Virus record (IMG/VR): IMGVR_UViG_3300029197_000008
Source: a virus
DNA length: 45,159 nt
Direction: 5' to 3' (one strand)
The translations under genes and the position numbers were made by a program. The notes below the pieces were generated by a model. It ran no database searches, had not been told where the DNA came from, and saw only the letters and a program-made list of their open reading frames with translations. Within the stretch, counting starts at the first letter, position 1. Each line of letters begins with the position of its first letter. This document shows, piece by piece, positions 23,642 through 31,390 of this stretch.

Positions 23642-25087
23642 ATGGGACTTATAACAACACTAAAAAGGTGGTTTAACATGATTTTCAAAAAACAAGCCGA
23701 AGAGGACTTTAATATCCAGGCAGCAGAATTTCCAGAAATGGAAGCACTGATTAACCGGTGTGCGAACATCTACAGGGGCGTACCGGAATGGCTAGATGAT
23801 AAGAATAATATCAATACGATTAATTTTGCAAAATCTGTCTGCTCAGAGACAGCACGGCTCGCAACACTGGCGATCGGCATTCAGATTGACGGTTCTGCAA
23901 GAGCTACGTGGCTACAGGAGCAGATAGATAAAGTATATTTCCAGATCCGGCATTGGGTGGAATATAGCTGCGCTTACGGAACAGTGTTCATTAAGCCGAA
24001 CGGCGAGAGCCTTGACGTATTCACTCCGGCAGATGTGATGATTGTGGATTACGACAATCAGGAAATCAAAGGGATTATATTCAAGGATTCTTATACGGTT
24101 GGGCGGAAATACTATACACGGCTTGAATATCATAGATTTGTTGAGACAACAGTGGACGGAGTGACAACCTATCCGTATTATGTTTCCAACAGAGCCTATG
24201 TGTCAAAATCTCCTCAAAGCATCGGAGACAAGATTGACCTTAAACAGACCAAATGGGCTGACCTTATGGCAGATACGCCGCCGATACTCAAGACAAACGG
24301 TGAGAAGCTGGACGGGCCTCTGTACGGAGTGTTGCGGACGCCACAGGCTAACAATGTGGATATTAGTACGCCACTGGGACTTCCAATATTCGCAGAAGCC
24401 ATAGAAGAATTAAAAGACCTGGACATTGCATATAGCCGAAATGCAAAAGAAATCCTTGATTCTAAGCGGACTGTTCTAGCAGACGATCGACTGCTGATGC
24501 CAGGCGGCTCTCCTGTTTCCGCTATGACGCCACAGGCAATGGAACACAGATGCTCAGAAATGAGTTTGCCAGATTATGTGAAAAACGTATTCGGACAGGA
24601 CGAGAAAGAGTTCTATCAGGAAATCAATCCACAGCTCAACACAGATACCCGTATAAGCGGTATAAATGCCCTTTTAAGCCAGTTGGGATATAAGATTGGA
24701 TTCTCCAACGGGTATTTCGTTTTCAATGAATCTAGCGGCATTCAGACAGCTACAGGAGTAGAAGCGGAACAACAGAGGACAGTGCAGTTCATCAAAGACG
24801 TTCGAGACAAACTGGAATCCTGTCTGGACGAAGTTATTTATGCGCTGAACGTTTACGCTGACTTGTACGGACTTGCCCCCGTCGGAGCCTATGAAGTCAA
24901 CTATGATTTTGGAGACATTCTCTATGTGCGCGAAAACGACCGTGCGAGATGGTGGCAGTATGTGACTACTGGCAAGGTACCGGCGTGGTTGTATTTCGTG
25001 AAGTTCGAGGGAATGACGAAAGACGAGGCGGTAGCAATGGTCAAAGAAGCTCAGCCAGACGAACCGAAACTGTTTGGAGATGAATAG
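23642..25087 (+). CDS. Portal protein
   Basis: 481 aa, directly after terL. SPP1-type order. Confidence 0.85.
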   Translation: MGLITTLKRWFNMIFKKQAEEDFNIQAAEFPEMEALINRCANIYRGVPEWLDDKNNINTINFAKSVCSETARLATLAIGIQIDGSARATWLQEQIDKVYFQIRHWVEYSCAYGTVFIKPNGESLDVFTPADVMIVDYDNQEIKGIIFKDSYTVGRKYYTRLEYHRFVETTVDGVTTYPYYVSNRAYVSKSPQSIGDKIDLKQTKWADLMADTPPILKTNGEKLDGPLYGVLRTPQANNVDISTPLGLPIFAEAIEELKDLDIAYSRNAKEILDSKRTVLADDRLLMPGGSPVSAMTPQAMEHRCSEMSLPDYVKNVFGQDEKEFYQEINPQLNTDTRISGINALLSQLGYKIGFSNGYFVFNESSGIQTATGVEAEQQRTVQFIKDVRDKLESCLDEVIYALNVYADLYGLAPVGAYEVNYDFGDILYVRENDRARWWQYVTTGKVPAWLYFVKFEGMTKDEAVAMVKEAQPDEPKLFGDE

Positions 25088-25089
25088 TT

Positions 25090-26319
25090 ATGTTAAGCCC
25101 AGAATATTTACGGCAAATTACAGAGGGCAGTGAACAAATTGCGGAAGAACTGCATCAGTATATCATCTCTGAGATCGTGTCGAGAATGGTGGCAAGAATC
25201 GGCAGAGGTGAAGATTATATTCTGACTAATGCCGATGCGTGGAGAATCAGAACACTACAGGAATCCGGTGAACTGTTAGAGGACATTCTGGCAGAATTAT
25301 CCAAATGCACCAAACGTGAACAGCAGGAACTTCTTGAAGCGTTTGAAGATGCCGGAATCACTGCTCTCGATTATGATGATAAGATTTACAAGGCGGCAGG
25401 ATTAAGCCCTGTGCCGCTCGAGCAATCCCCGACTATGATAAGGCTCATGGAGCGAAATATGCTTGCGACTATGGGAGAATGGCGGAACTTCACAAGGACA
25501 ACTGCAAATGTGGCTCAGGCACTGTATATCAACCAATGTGACCTTGCATATAATCATGTAATGACTGGAGCAGTTGGGTATACGCAAGCGATTAGAGAAG
25601 CAGTTAACAATGTTGTAAGCAATGGCGTTACAGTAACATATCCATCCGGCAGAAAAGATACAATTGAAACAGCGGTTGCGCGCTCTGTTAGAACTGGAGT
25701 CGCACAAGCGACTGGAGATATTTCTATCAAACGAATGGAAGAAATGAACTGGGATTTAGTTCTGGTCAGTGCTCACATAGGAGCCAGAACAGGTGACGGC
25801 GGTGAGAATCCGGGAAATCACGCATGGTGGCAAGGAAAGATATACTCTCGTTCTGGCAAGAGCAAGAAATTTCCGCCGTTCTCATTGACCGGATACGGAA
25901 CAGCAAGCGGACTGTCAGGAGTTAACTGTCGGCATAGCTTTGGGGCAAGTGACGGGGAATTTAATCCTTATGCAGAACTATCAGCACAGGATAAAGCCAA
26001 CAAAGGCAAACAGTACGAAAAAGAACAGCGACAACGTACTTACGAGCGAAGAATCCGCAAAACAAAGCGTGAAGTCCTTGGAATGCAAGCGGCGGTTGAT
26101 AACTGCAAGGACGAACAGGCAAAATTCGCATTACAGCAAGACCTTGACCAGAAGTCTTATCTTTTACAGAAACAAAATGCTGCATATAAGGACTACTGCA
26201 AGCAGAATGACCTAAGAGAGCTGCAAGACCGACTTATGATAGCGAAGTGGAACCGCCAGAATGCCGCAAAAGCCAGAGGAGCGGCAAAGAGATATAAAAC
26301 AGCAAAGGGGATTGACTGA
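25090..26319 (+). CDS. Head morphogenesis / minor capsid protein (Mu F, SPP1 gp7-like)
   Basis: HIGARTGDGGENPGNHAWWQGKIYS ... GVNCRHSF motif. Confidence 0.85.
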   Translation: MLSPEYLRQITEGSEQIAEELHQYIISEIVSRMVARIGRGEDYILTNADAWRIRTLQESGELLEDILAELSKCTKREQQELLEAFEDAGITALDYDDKIYKAAGLSPVPLEQSPTMIRLMERNMLATMGEWRNFTRTTANVAQALYINQCDLAYNHVMTGAVGYTQAIREAVNNVVSNGVTVTYPSGRKDTIETAVARSVRTGVAQATGDISIKRMEEMNWDLVLVSAHIGARTGDGGENPGNHAWWQGKIYSRSGKSKKFPPFSLTGYGTASGLSGVNCRHSFGASDGEFNPYAELSAQDKANKGKQYEKEQRQRTYERRIRKTKREVLGMQAAVDNCKDEQAKFALQQDLDQKSYLLQKQNAAYKDYCKQNDLRELQDRLMIAKWNRQNAAKARGAAKRYKTAKGID

Positions 26320-26702
26320 TGGACAGATGGGAATATTATAATCCAAATCCTGTTAAGGACAAGAGAACAGGAGATTGCGTTGTCCGGGCAATATGTAAAG
26401 CAACCGGCTTTGATTGGGAAACGGTATTCGCCGGATTAATGATACAGGCATGCACTCTGTCAGATATGCCATCAGCTAATTACGTTTGGGGAGCGTACCT
26501 CTACAAGCATGGGTACAGACGCAAACTGATTGAGCAATCAGAACGGTATATCTATACAGTCAATGATTTTTGCGCAGACCATCCGACAGGCACGTACATT
26601 CTCTGCATAGATGGTCATGTAGTGACGGTACAAGAGGGCAAATATTTCGATACATGGGATTCCGGAAATGAAGTCCCAGTATATTACTGGGAAAAGGAGT
26701 AG
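26319..26702 (+). CDS. Conserved phage protein, possible papain-fold cysteine peptidase
   Basis: GDCVVRAI (Cys) ... DGHVVTV (His) ... DTWD (Asp) spacing. Confidence 0.6.
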   Translation: MDRWEYYNPNPVKDKRTGDCVVRAICKATGFDWETVFAGLMIQACTLSDMPSANYVWGAYLYKHGYRRKLIEQSERYIYTVNDFCADHPTGTYILCIDGHVVTVQEGKYFDTWDSGNEVPVYYWEKE

Positions 26703-26706
26703 CTAA

Positions 26707-27012
26707 ATGAGCATATCAGAATTTGTACAAGTATTCCTCTCAATTTGCGGAGGAGTGTCTATTGTCGGAGGAGCAGTGGCTGTAATCATTAAGTGGATTA
26801 CTCCAGCATTTCGACTCAATAAGCGAGTTGAGACACTGGAGGAACACGATAAGCGAGATTACGAGAGTCTTAAAAGGATTGCGGAACGTGATTCATTGAT
26901 TCTGGAAGTATTATCGACTATGTTGGACAGTCAGATCAGTGGAAACAATATTGAAGAATTAAAAAAAACAAAACAGAAGCTCACAAATTATCTTGCACAG
27001 AATCAGCGTTAA
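26707..27012 (+). CDS. Membrane-anchored coiled-coil protein
   Basis: N-terminal TM helix. SD AAAAGGAG. Confidence 0.55.
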   Translation: MSISEFVQVFLSICGGVSIVGGAVAVIIKWITPAFRLNKRVETLEEHDKRDYESLKRIAERDSLILEVLSTMLDSQISGNNIEELKKTKQKLTNYLAQNQR

Positions 27013-27035
27013 TTGCATTAATAAGGGGTATGCTC

Positions 27036-27236
27036 ATGAAATTATATGTGTTCACTAAGAAAGATATAGACAGATTCTTGATAGAGTGTAATTTTACACC
27101 GGACGAAGAAAGGCTGTTCCGGCTGAGATGTAAGGAACACACTCTTGAGTACTGCACTGAGGAAATGAACGTGAGCATATCCACGGCAAAACGATTAAGC
27201 CGGAGGGTGAACAATAAAATAATTAAAGTATGCTGA
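27036..27236 (+). CDS. Small sigma-70 region-4-like HTH protein
   Basis: EERLFRLRCKEHTLEYCTEEMNVSISTAKRLSRRVNNKI. Confidence 0.55.
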   Translation: MKLYVFTKKDIDRFLIECNFTPDEERLFRLRCKEHTLEYCTEEMNVSISTAKRLSRRVNNKIIKVC

Positions 27237-27260
27237 TACTTTTCAGATACTTATATGGGT

Positions 27261-27290
27261 CTTAGACGAACTGTCTAAGGCTCTTTTTTT
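27261..27290 (+). terminator. Rho-independent terminator
   Basis: 7-bp stem CTTAGAC/GTCTAAG followed by a T7 run. Confidence 0.7.
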
Positions 27291-27300
27291 ATGTAAAAAT

Positions 27301-27342
27301 AGTCATAGAAAGTCATAGAATAAGTCATAGAATAAGTCATAG
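27301..27342 (+). repeat. Four tandem AGTCATAG(A/G) repeats (starts spaced 10, 12 and 12 nt)
   Basis: Copies at 27301, 27311, 27323 and 27335. The last copy overlaps the SD of the next gene. Confidence 0.85.
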
Positions 27343-27354
27343 GAGGTGTACGAG

Positions 27355-27825
27355 ATGGCATTATATAACAATCCTTATCAATATAGTTTTGGTGTCCCTG
27401 GGCAGATGAACCAGTTCCAGCAACAGCCTGTCCAGATTCCAGCTCAACCAGTGCAACAACCCCAGCAGAATAATAATGGAATCCTGTGGGTATCTGGCGA
27501 AGTTGGTGCAAAATCCTATCTGGTAGCACCCGGGACAAGCGTTTTACTGATGGATTCAGAATCAGAAAAATTCTTTATAAAATCCACAGACGTTTCCGGT
27601 ATGCCACAGCCATTACGAACATTTGAATACCATGAGGTAGGCACTCATATGCCACCTAAACAGCCTGTTCAGAACATGGATAGTAAATACGTCACCAGAC
27701 AGGAATATAACGATTTAAAGGGCAAATACGAAGCTATCATAAACCGATTAAATTCATTTTCTGAACCTGTTAGGGCTAATACTGTACAGGAATCAGCAAT
27801 CAAGGGAGGAAATGCAGATGAGTAA
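27355..27825 (+). CDS. Gln/Pro-rich hypothetical protein
   Basis: SD AGGAGGTG 6 nt before ATG 27355. Q/P-rich N-terminus, then GILWVSGEVGAKSYLVAPG. Confidence 0.65.
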   Translation: MALYNNPYQYSFGVPGQMNQFQQQPVQIPAQPVQQPQQNNNGILWVSGEVGAKSYLVAPGTSVLLMDSESEKFFIKSTDVSGMPQPLRTFEYHEVGTHMPPKQPVQNMDSKYVTRQEYNDLKGKYEAIINRLNSFSEPVRANTVQESAIKGGNADE

Positions 27826-28039
27826 TCCATTATTTAACACACTTGGCGGTGGGATGCCACAGGGAAACGGACCAATGCAGATGATACAACAATTCATGCA
27901 ATTTAAACAGAATTATAAGGGAAACCCAAAAGAAGAAGTTCAGAAAATGTTGCAGTCTGGAAGGATTTCACAGCAACAGCTTAATCAGGTTCAACAGATG
28001 GCAGGGCAGTTCCAAAATCTGCTGAAAAATATAAAATAG
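27818..28039 (+). CDS. Small Gln-rich hypothetical protein
   Basis: SD AGGGAGGA 8 nt before ATG 27818. Confidence 0.6.
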   Translation: MSNPLFNTLGGGMPQGNGPMQMIQQFMQFKQNYKGNPKEEVQKMLQSGRISQQQLNQVQQMAGQFQNLLKNIK

Positions 28040-28091
28040 TACATTACAATCTGGCCAGATTGATGTAAATACAAAAAAGGAGATTATAACT

Positions 28092-28868
28092 ATGGATGGA
28101 AATTTAACAGCATCAGACGTTGCTCTTTTGACCGGGAACAACAGAAATGATGGAATGTTTGGCGGAGATGGCGCATGGTGGCTTATCGTGCTTTTCTTGT
28201 TCGCATTTTGCGGATGGGGAAACAACGGCTGGGGCAATAATGGAAACGGCGGAGGATATGTAGCTACAGCAGCTACTCAGGCAGATATTCAGAGAGGATT
28301 CGACAATTCCGCTGTAATCAGCAAGCTTGACGGAATCAATAGCGGCCTGTGTGATGGCTTCTATGCTATGAATAACGGTATGCTTACCGGATTTAACGGA
28401 ATCAACACAAACATCATGCAGACTGGTTTCGGCATTCAGCAGGCTATTAATGCTGACACTGTAGCAAATATGCAGAATACCAATGCACTCCAGGCACAGC
28501 TTGCAAACTGCTGCTGCGAAACCAGAGAAGCAATCCAGGGCATAAACTACAACATGGCACAGAATACCTGTGCATTGCAGAACACCATGAACAGTAACAC
28601 AAGAGACATTATCGACAGCCAGAACGCCGGAACAAGGGCAATCCTTGATTACCTGTGCAACGAGAAGATATCCAATCTCCAGGCTGAAAATAACGACCTC
28701 AGACGTGCCGCTTCTCAGGATCGCCAGAGTGCGCTTCTCACAACTGCAATGGCTTCTCAGACACAGCAGCTCATTAATGCGATTAATCCAGCACCGATTC
28801 CGGCATATCAGGTTCCTAATCCGAACACATATTACGGATGCGGATGCAACACCGGATGTAATTGTTAA
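28092..28868 (+). CDS. Single-pass membrane protein, Gly/Asn-rich and Cys-rich
   Basis: TM helix WWLIVLFLFAFCGW, then GWGNNGWGNNGNGGG, a CCC triplet, and C-terminal CGCNTGCNC. Confidence 0.65.
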   Translation: MDGNLTASDVALLTGNNRNDGMFGGDGAWWLIVLFLFAFCGWGNNGWGNNGNGGGYVATAATQADIQRGFDNSAVISKLDGINSGLCDGFYAMNNGMLTGFNGINTNIMQTGFGIQQAINADTVANMQNTNALQAQLANCCCETREAIQGINYNMAQNTCALQNTMNSNTRDIIDSQNAGTRAILDYLCNEKISNLQAENNDLRRAASQDRQSALLTTAMASQTQQLINAINPAPIPAYQVPNPNTYYGCGCNTGCNC

Positions 28869-28978
28869 CAACTTCATATCGAGAGTATCTTTCGATTGAT
28901 TCGGATGTCGGCTTATGCCGTATTACACAGAGGGGCAGGCTGAGACCTGTCCTTTTGTGATATGAAAGGAGTATTTTT

Positions 28979-29401
28979 ATGGCAGAATTTACAAATGTAG
29001 CTGCTCAGACTGTAGCAGCAAATGGAAACGTAGTATTTTCAAACACAGCAGTCAAAGGTTCTAACTGCATTCAACACAGGGAGGGAAGTGGAATCATCAC
29101 CCTGAGAGGACTGACCAACCAGTGTAAAGCAAGATTCTTCGTGGATTTTTCTGGTAATATCGCAATTCCAACAGGCGGTACTGTCGGAGCTATTTCTCTG
29201 GCTATTGCAATCTCTGGCGAGCCTGTATTATCTTCACAGATGATTTCCACACCGGCAGCAGTAGACCAGTATAACAATGTGTCTTCTGGAATTTACGTGG
29301 ATGTACCTCGCGGTTGTTGCGTTAATATCGCAGTAGAGAACACAAGCGATCAGGCTGTTTCTGTTGCGAACGCGAATATTGTCGTAACCAGAGAAGCGTA
29401 G
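28979..29401 (+). CDS. Beta-rich hypothetical protein (jelly-roll-like by eye)
   Basis: SD AAAGGAG. 140 aa with a CC pair. The fold call is a guess. Confidence 0.65.
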   Translation: MAEFTNVAAQTVAANGNVVFSNTAVKGSNCIQHREGSGIITLRGLTNQCKARFFVDFSGNIAIPTGGTVGAISLAIAISGEPVLSSQMISTPAAVDQYNNVSSGIYVDVPRGCCVNIAVENTSDQAVSVANANIVVTREA

Positions 29402-29412
29402 GAGGTGTGATT

Positions 29413-29967
29413 ATGAGAGATATTAAAGACTTATGCGCAAGAATTGAGGATGAGCTTTCCAAAATTGCTGATAATGGGCTGAACACTGGAAATCTGGAAA
29501 TGACATACAAACTGATTGATATGTATAAGGATATCAAGAATACGCAGTACTGGGACAAGAAAGTGGAATATTACAATACTGTCCTTGATGAGATGCGTGG
29601 TGGCTACAATGACGATTACAGCGAACGTGGAAGAAAACGTGACAGCATGGGGAGATACAGCGCAAATGATGGCAGAATGATGCCGGATTACGACAGAGGT
29701 AGTTCTTATGCCAGACGTGGTGAGCATTATGTCAGAGGACATTACAGCCGTTCTGACGGACGAGATGCTTATGACGACTATATGACGCAGAAACAGAGCT
29801 ATCGTTCCGGCAAATCCGAGGACTGCAAGAGAAAGATGCTTGCCGCTCTGGAAGAACATCTGGACGAACTCACAACAGAAATGAGCGATATGTCCAAGGA
29901 TGCGGAGTGCCGGGAGGAACGTGATCTTGTTAAAAGATACGTGGAAAAGCTCAGGGATATGCTCTAA
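29413..29967 (+). CDS. Charged Arg/Asp/Tyr-rich hypothetical protein
   Basis: SD GGAGG 7 nt before ATG 29413. The central region is R/D/Y/S low complexity. Confidence 0.65.
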   Translation: MRDIKDLCARIEDELSKIADNGLNTGNLEMTYKLIDMYKDIKNTQYWDKKVEYYNTVLDEMRGGYNDDYSERGRKRDSMGRYSANDGRMMPDYDRGSSYARRGEHYVRGHYSRSDGRDAYDDYMTQKQSYRSGKSEDCKRKMLAALEEHLDELTTEMSDMSKDAECREERDLVKRYVEKLRDML

Positions 29968-29974
29968 TTGGCTA

Positions 29975-30014
29975 AAACATGTACCACAACTTTTTGAAGG
30001 TTCTGTGATACAAT
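29975..30014 (+). promoter_or_regulatory. Late promoter copy 2 (upstream of the RNA locus, scaffold and capsid genes)
   Basis: AAACATGTACCACAACTTTT, then a 14-nt spacer whose 3' end supplies the TGA of the extended -10, then TACAAT. Confidence 0.65.
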
Positions 30015-30020
30015 ATATTC

Positions 30021-30338
30021 GTAGGGAAGATTTGTAATCAGAAATGCTTGACATAGACATTTTTATTGCTTTCCTCCTTTCTTTAAGCAGATGCGTGTCC
30101 TTAATAGAAACAGGTTCGGGGTGGAATCTGGAGGTTGAAAAGCGGATGCAATTTCCGACACGTATCATTGCCGTTAGTGCATGACGGCATACCTCCTCGT
30201 TAGCACATATAACTGAACAGTGGAATCCAACCCGTGCAGAGGTGCGCGACCGTATAGGCGGTGTTGACGTATCCCGAAACGTCTCGTGTTTAGGCATAGC
30301 ACGTAAAATACCTTGCTAACCCGGGAATCCGGGTTATG
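30021..30338 (+). ncRNA. Non-coding, hairpin-dense leader / candidate structured RNA
   Basis: No credible ORF. Stems at 30170-30190, 30266-30283 and 30317-30336 (8 bp). Possible long-range GGAGG/CCTCC pairing between 30130-30134 and 30193-30197. Confidence 0.3.
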
Positions 30339-30410
30339 TGGAATGTGCAGCTAGTGGAAAGCTGATAGGGACGAGTAACCTAGTCTCCGGTTCGATTCCG
30401 GGCGTTCCGC
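30339..30410 (+). ncRNA. tRNA-like element with an aberrant anticodon arm
   Basis: Acceptor TGGAATG/CGTTCCG. D-arm CAGC-TAGTGGAAA-GCTG. T-arm TCCGG-TTCGATT-CCGGG. The anticodon arm has a G-A mismatch, loop ACGAGTA (no U33) and a 3-nt variable loop. Confidence 0.4.
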
Positions 30411-30529
30411 TTTGATTCGGTTAGAATTACGCTGTCTGTATACAGATGGTCTATGATTCGACTGAATTTATCTCATGAGAAAAGGTTATTGCTTATCCTG
30501 CTGTCTGGTGTCCGGATCAAAAAGCATAA

Positions 30530-30601
30530 TGAAATGTAGCTCAGTGGTAGAGCAACATCCGCATAGGGTGCGTGTCGGCGGTTCGATTCCGCCTATTTCA
30601 T
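30530..30601 (+). tRNA. tRNA with CAU anticodon triplet (Met/Ile2-type) and an unusual loop
   Basis: Canonical D-arm GCTC-AGTGGTA-GAGC and T-arm GGCGG-TTCGATT-CCGCC. 7-bp acceptor stem. Anticodon loop CGCATAG has G instead of U at position 33, and 27:43 is an A-C mismatch. Confidence 0.55.
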
Positions 30602-30678
30602 TACCCTGCCAGTGGTCTAACTGGCTTAATCCACTTACCTGCGGCGGCAGGTCAATAAACACGACCAGGAGGATATAT

Positions 30679-31311
30679 ATGCAGAAACTTATTGACACAT
30701 TAAAATCATTTGGAATTGAAATCCCGGAGGACAAACAGGCAGATGTGAAAAAGGCACTCTCTGAGCATTATAAAAATGCTAAAGAAGTAGTGAAAACCCT
30801 GTCAAAAGTCGAGGGTGAACGTGATGACTGGAAAGAACGTGCTGAGACAGCAGAAGAAACCTTAAAAGGCTTTGACGGTATCGACCCGGCGAACATTCAG
30901 ACAGAGCTTGCTGGATGGAAGAAGAAAGCTGAGGACGCAGAGAAGGAATTCAATGCGAAGATCTACGAAAGAGATTTTGACGATGCTCTTAAAACTGCAT
31001 TGGAAAATGTTAATTTTTCATCTCCAGCAGCTAAAAGATCTGTTACTGCTGATATCAAATCAGCTGGTCTTAAGCTTAAGGACGGAAAGATTCTTGGACT
31101 TAATGATTTACTTGAACAGATGAAACAGGATGAACCTGATACATTTGTAGATGAATCTCAGCAGCAGGCTCAGCAGAACCAGGCAAGGTTTACCACTCAT
31201 GTTGGACAGCGGCAGACACCGGGAAACATGACCAAAAAAGATATCGAAGCAATCAAAGACCCGTCCGAAAGGCAGGCTGCAATTGCTCAGAATATCCAGT
31301 TATTCCAGTGA
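30679..31311 (+). CDS. Scaffolding protein
   Basis: SD AGGAGG 7 nt before ATG 30679. Helical and charged, 210 aa, directly upstream of the capsid gene. The track start at 30475 runs through the tRNA and is rejected. Confidence 0.8.
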   Translation: MQKLIDTLKSFGIEIPEDKQADVKKALSEHYKNAKEVVKTLSKVEGERDDWKERAETAEETLKGFDGIDPANIQTELAGWKKKAEDAEKEFNAKIYERDFDDALKTALENVNFSSPAAKRSVTADIKSAGLKLKDGKILGLNDLLEQMKQDEPDTFVDESQQQAQQNQARFTTHVGQRQTPGNMTKKDIEAIKDPSERQAAIAQNIQLFQ

Positions 31312-31390
31312 TTTTTTTTCACCGACTATACACCAGAGTATAGCCGCTAACCCAATGCCTTAACAATTATGGGTAGAAAGGATTTTTTAT

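Noticed and set aside
27301-27342. Tandem repeats as a mini CRISPR array
   Set aside because: The repeat unit is only 8-9 nt with 1-4-nt gaps. There are no spacers and no cas genes.
28113-28877. 254-aa minus-strand ORF
   Set aside because: It is a mirror frame of gene 28092-28868. It has no SD and a Cys/Ser-rich artefactual composition.
29431-30297. 288-aa minus-strand ORF
   Set aside because: It is antisense to the well-supported gene 29413-29967 and to the RNA locus. Its Ser/Ile/Cys/His-rich composition is typical of an antisense artefact.
30116-30410. Phage-encoded tmRNA (5' CGGGGTG could pair with 3' CGTTCCG; the GGAATCTGGAGGTTGA stretch resembles tmRNA 5' ends)
   Set aside because: The acceptor 3' strand pairs better and locally with 30339-30345, giving a compact 72-nt tRNA-like element. 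There is no G3:U70 pair and no convincing tag reading frame ending in hydrophobic residues.
30475-30678. N-terminal extension of the scaffold ORF (track start 30475)
   Set aside because: The extension reads straight through the tRNA gene. A strong SD and ATG at 30679 give a normal 210-aa scaffold protein.
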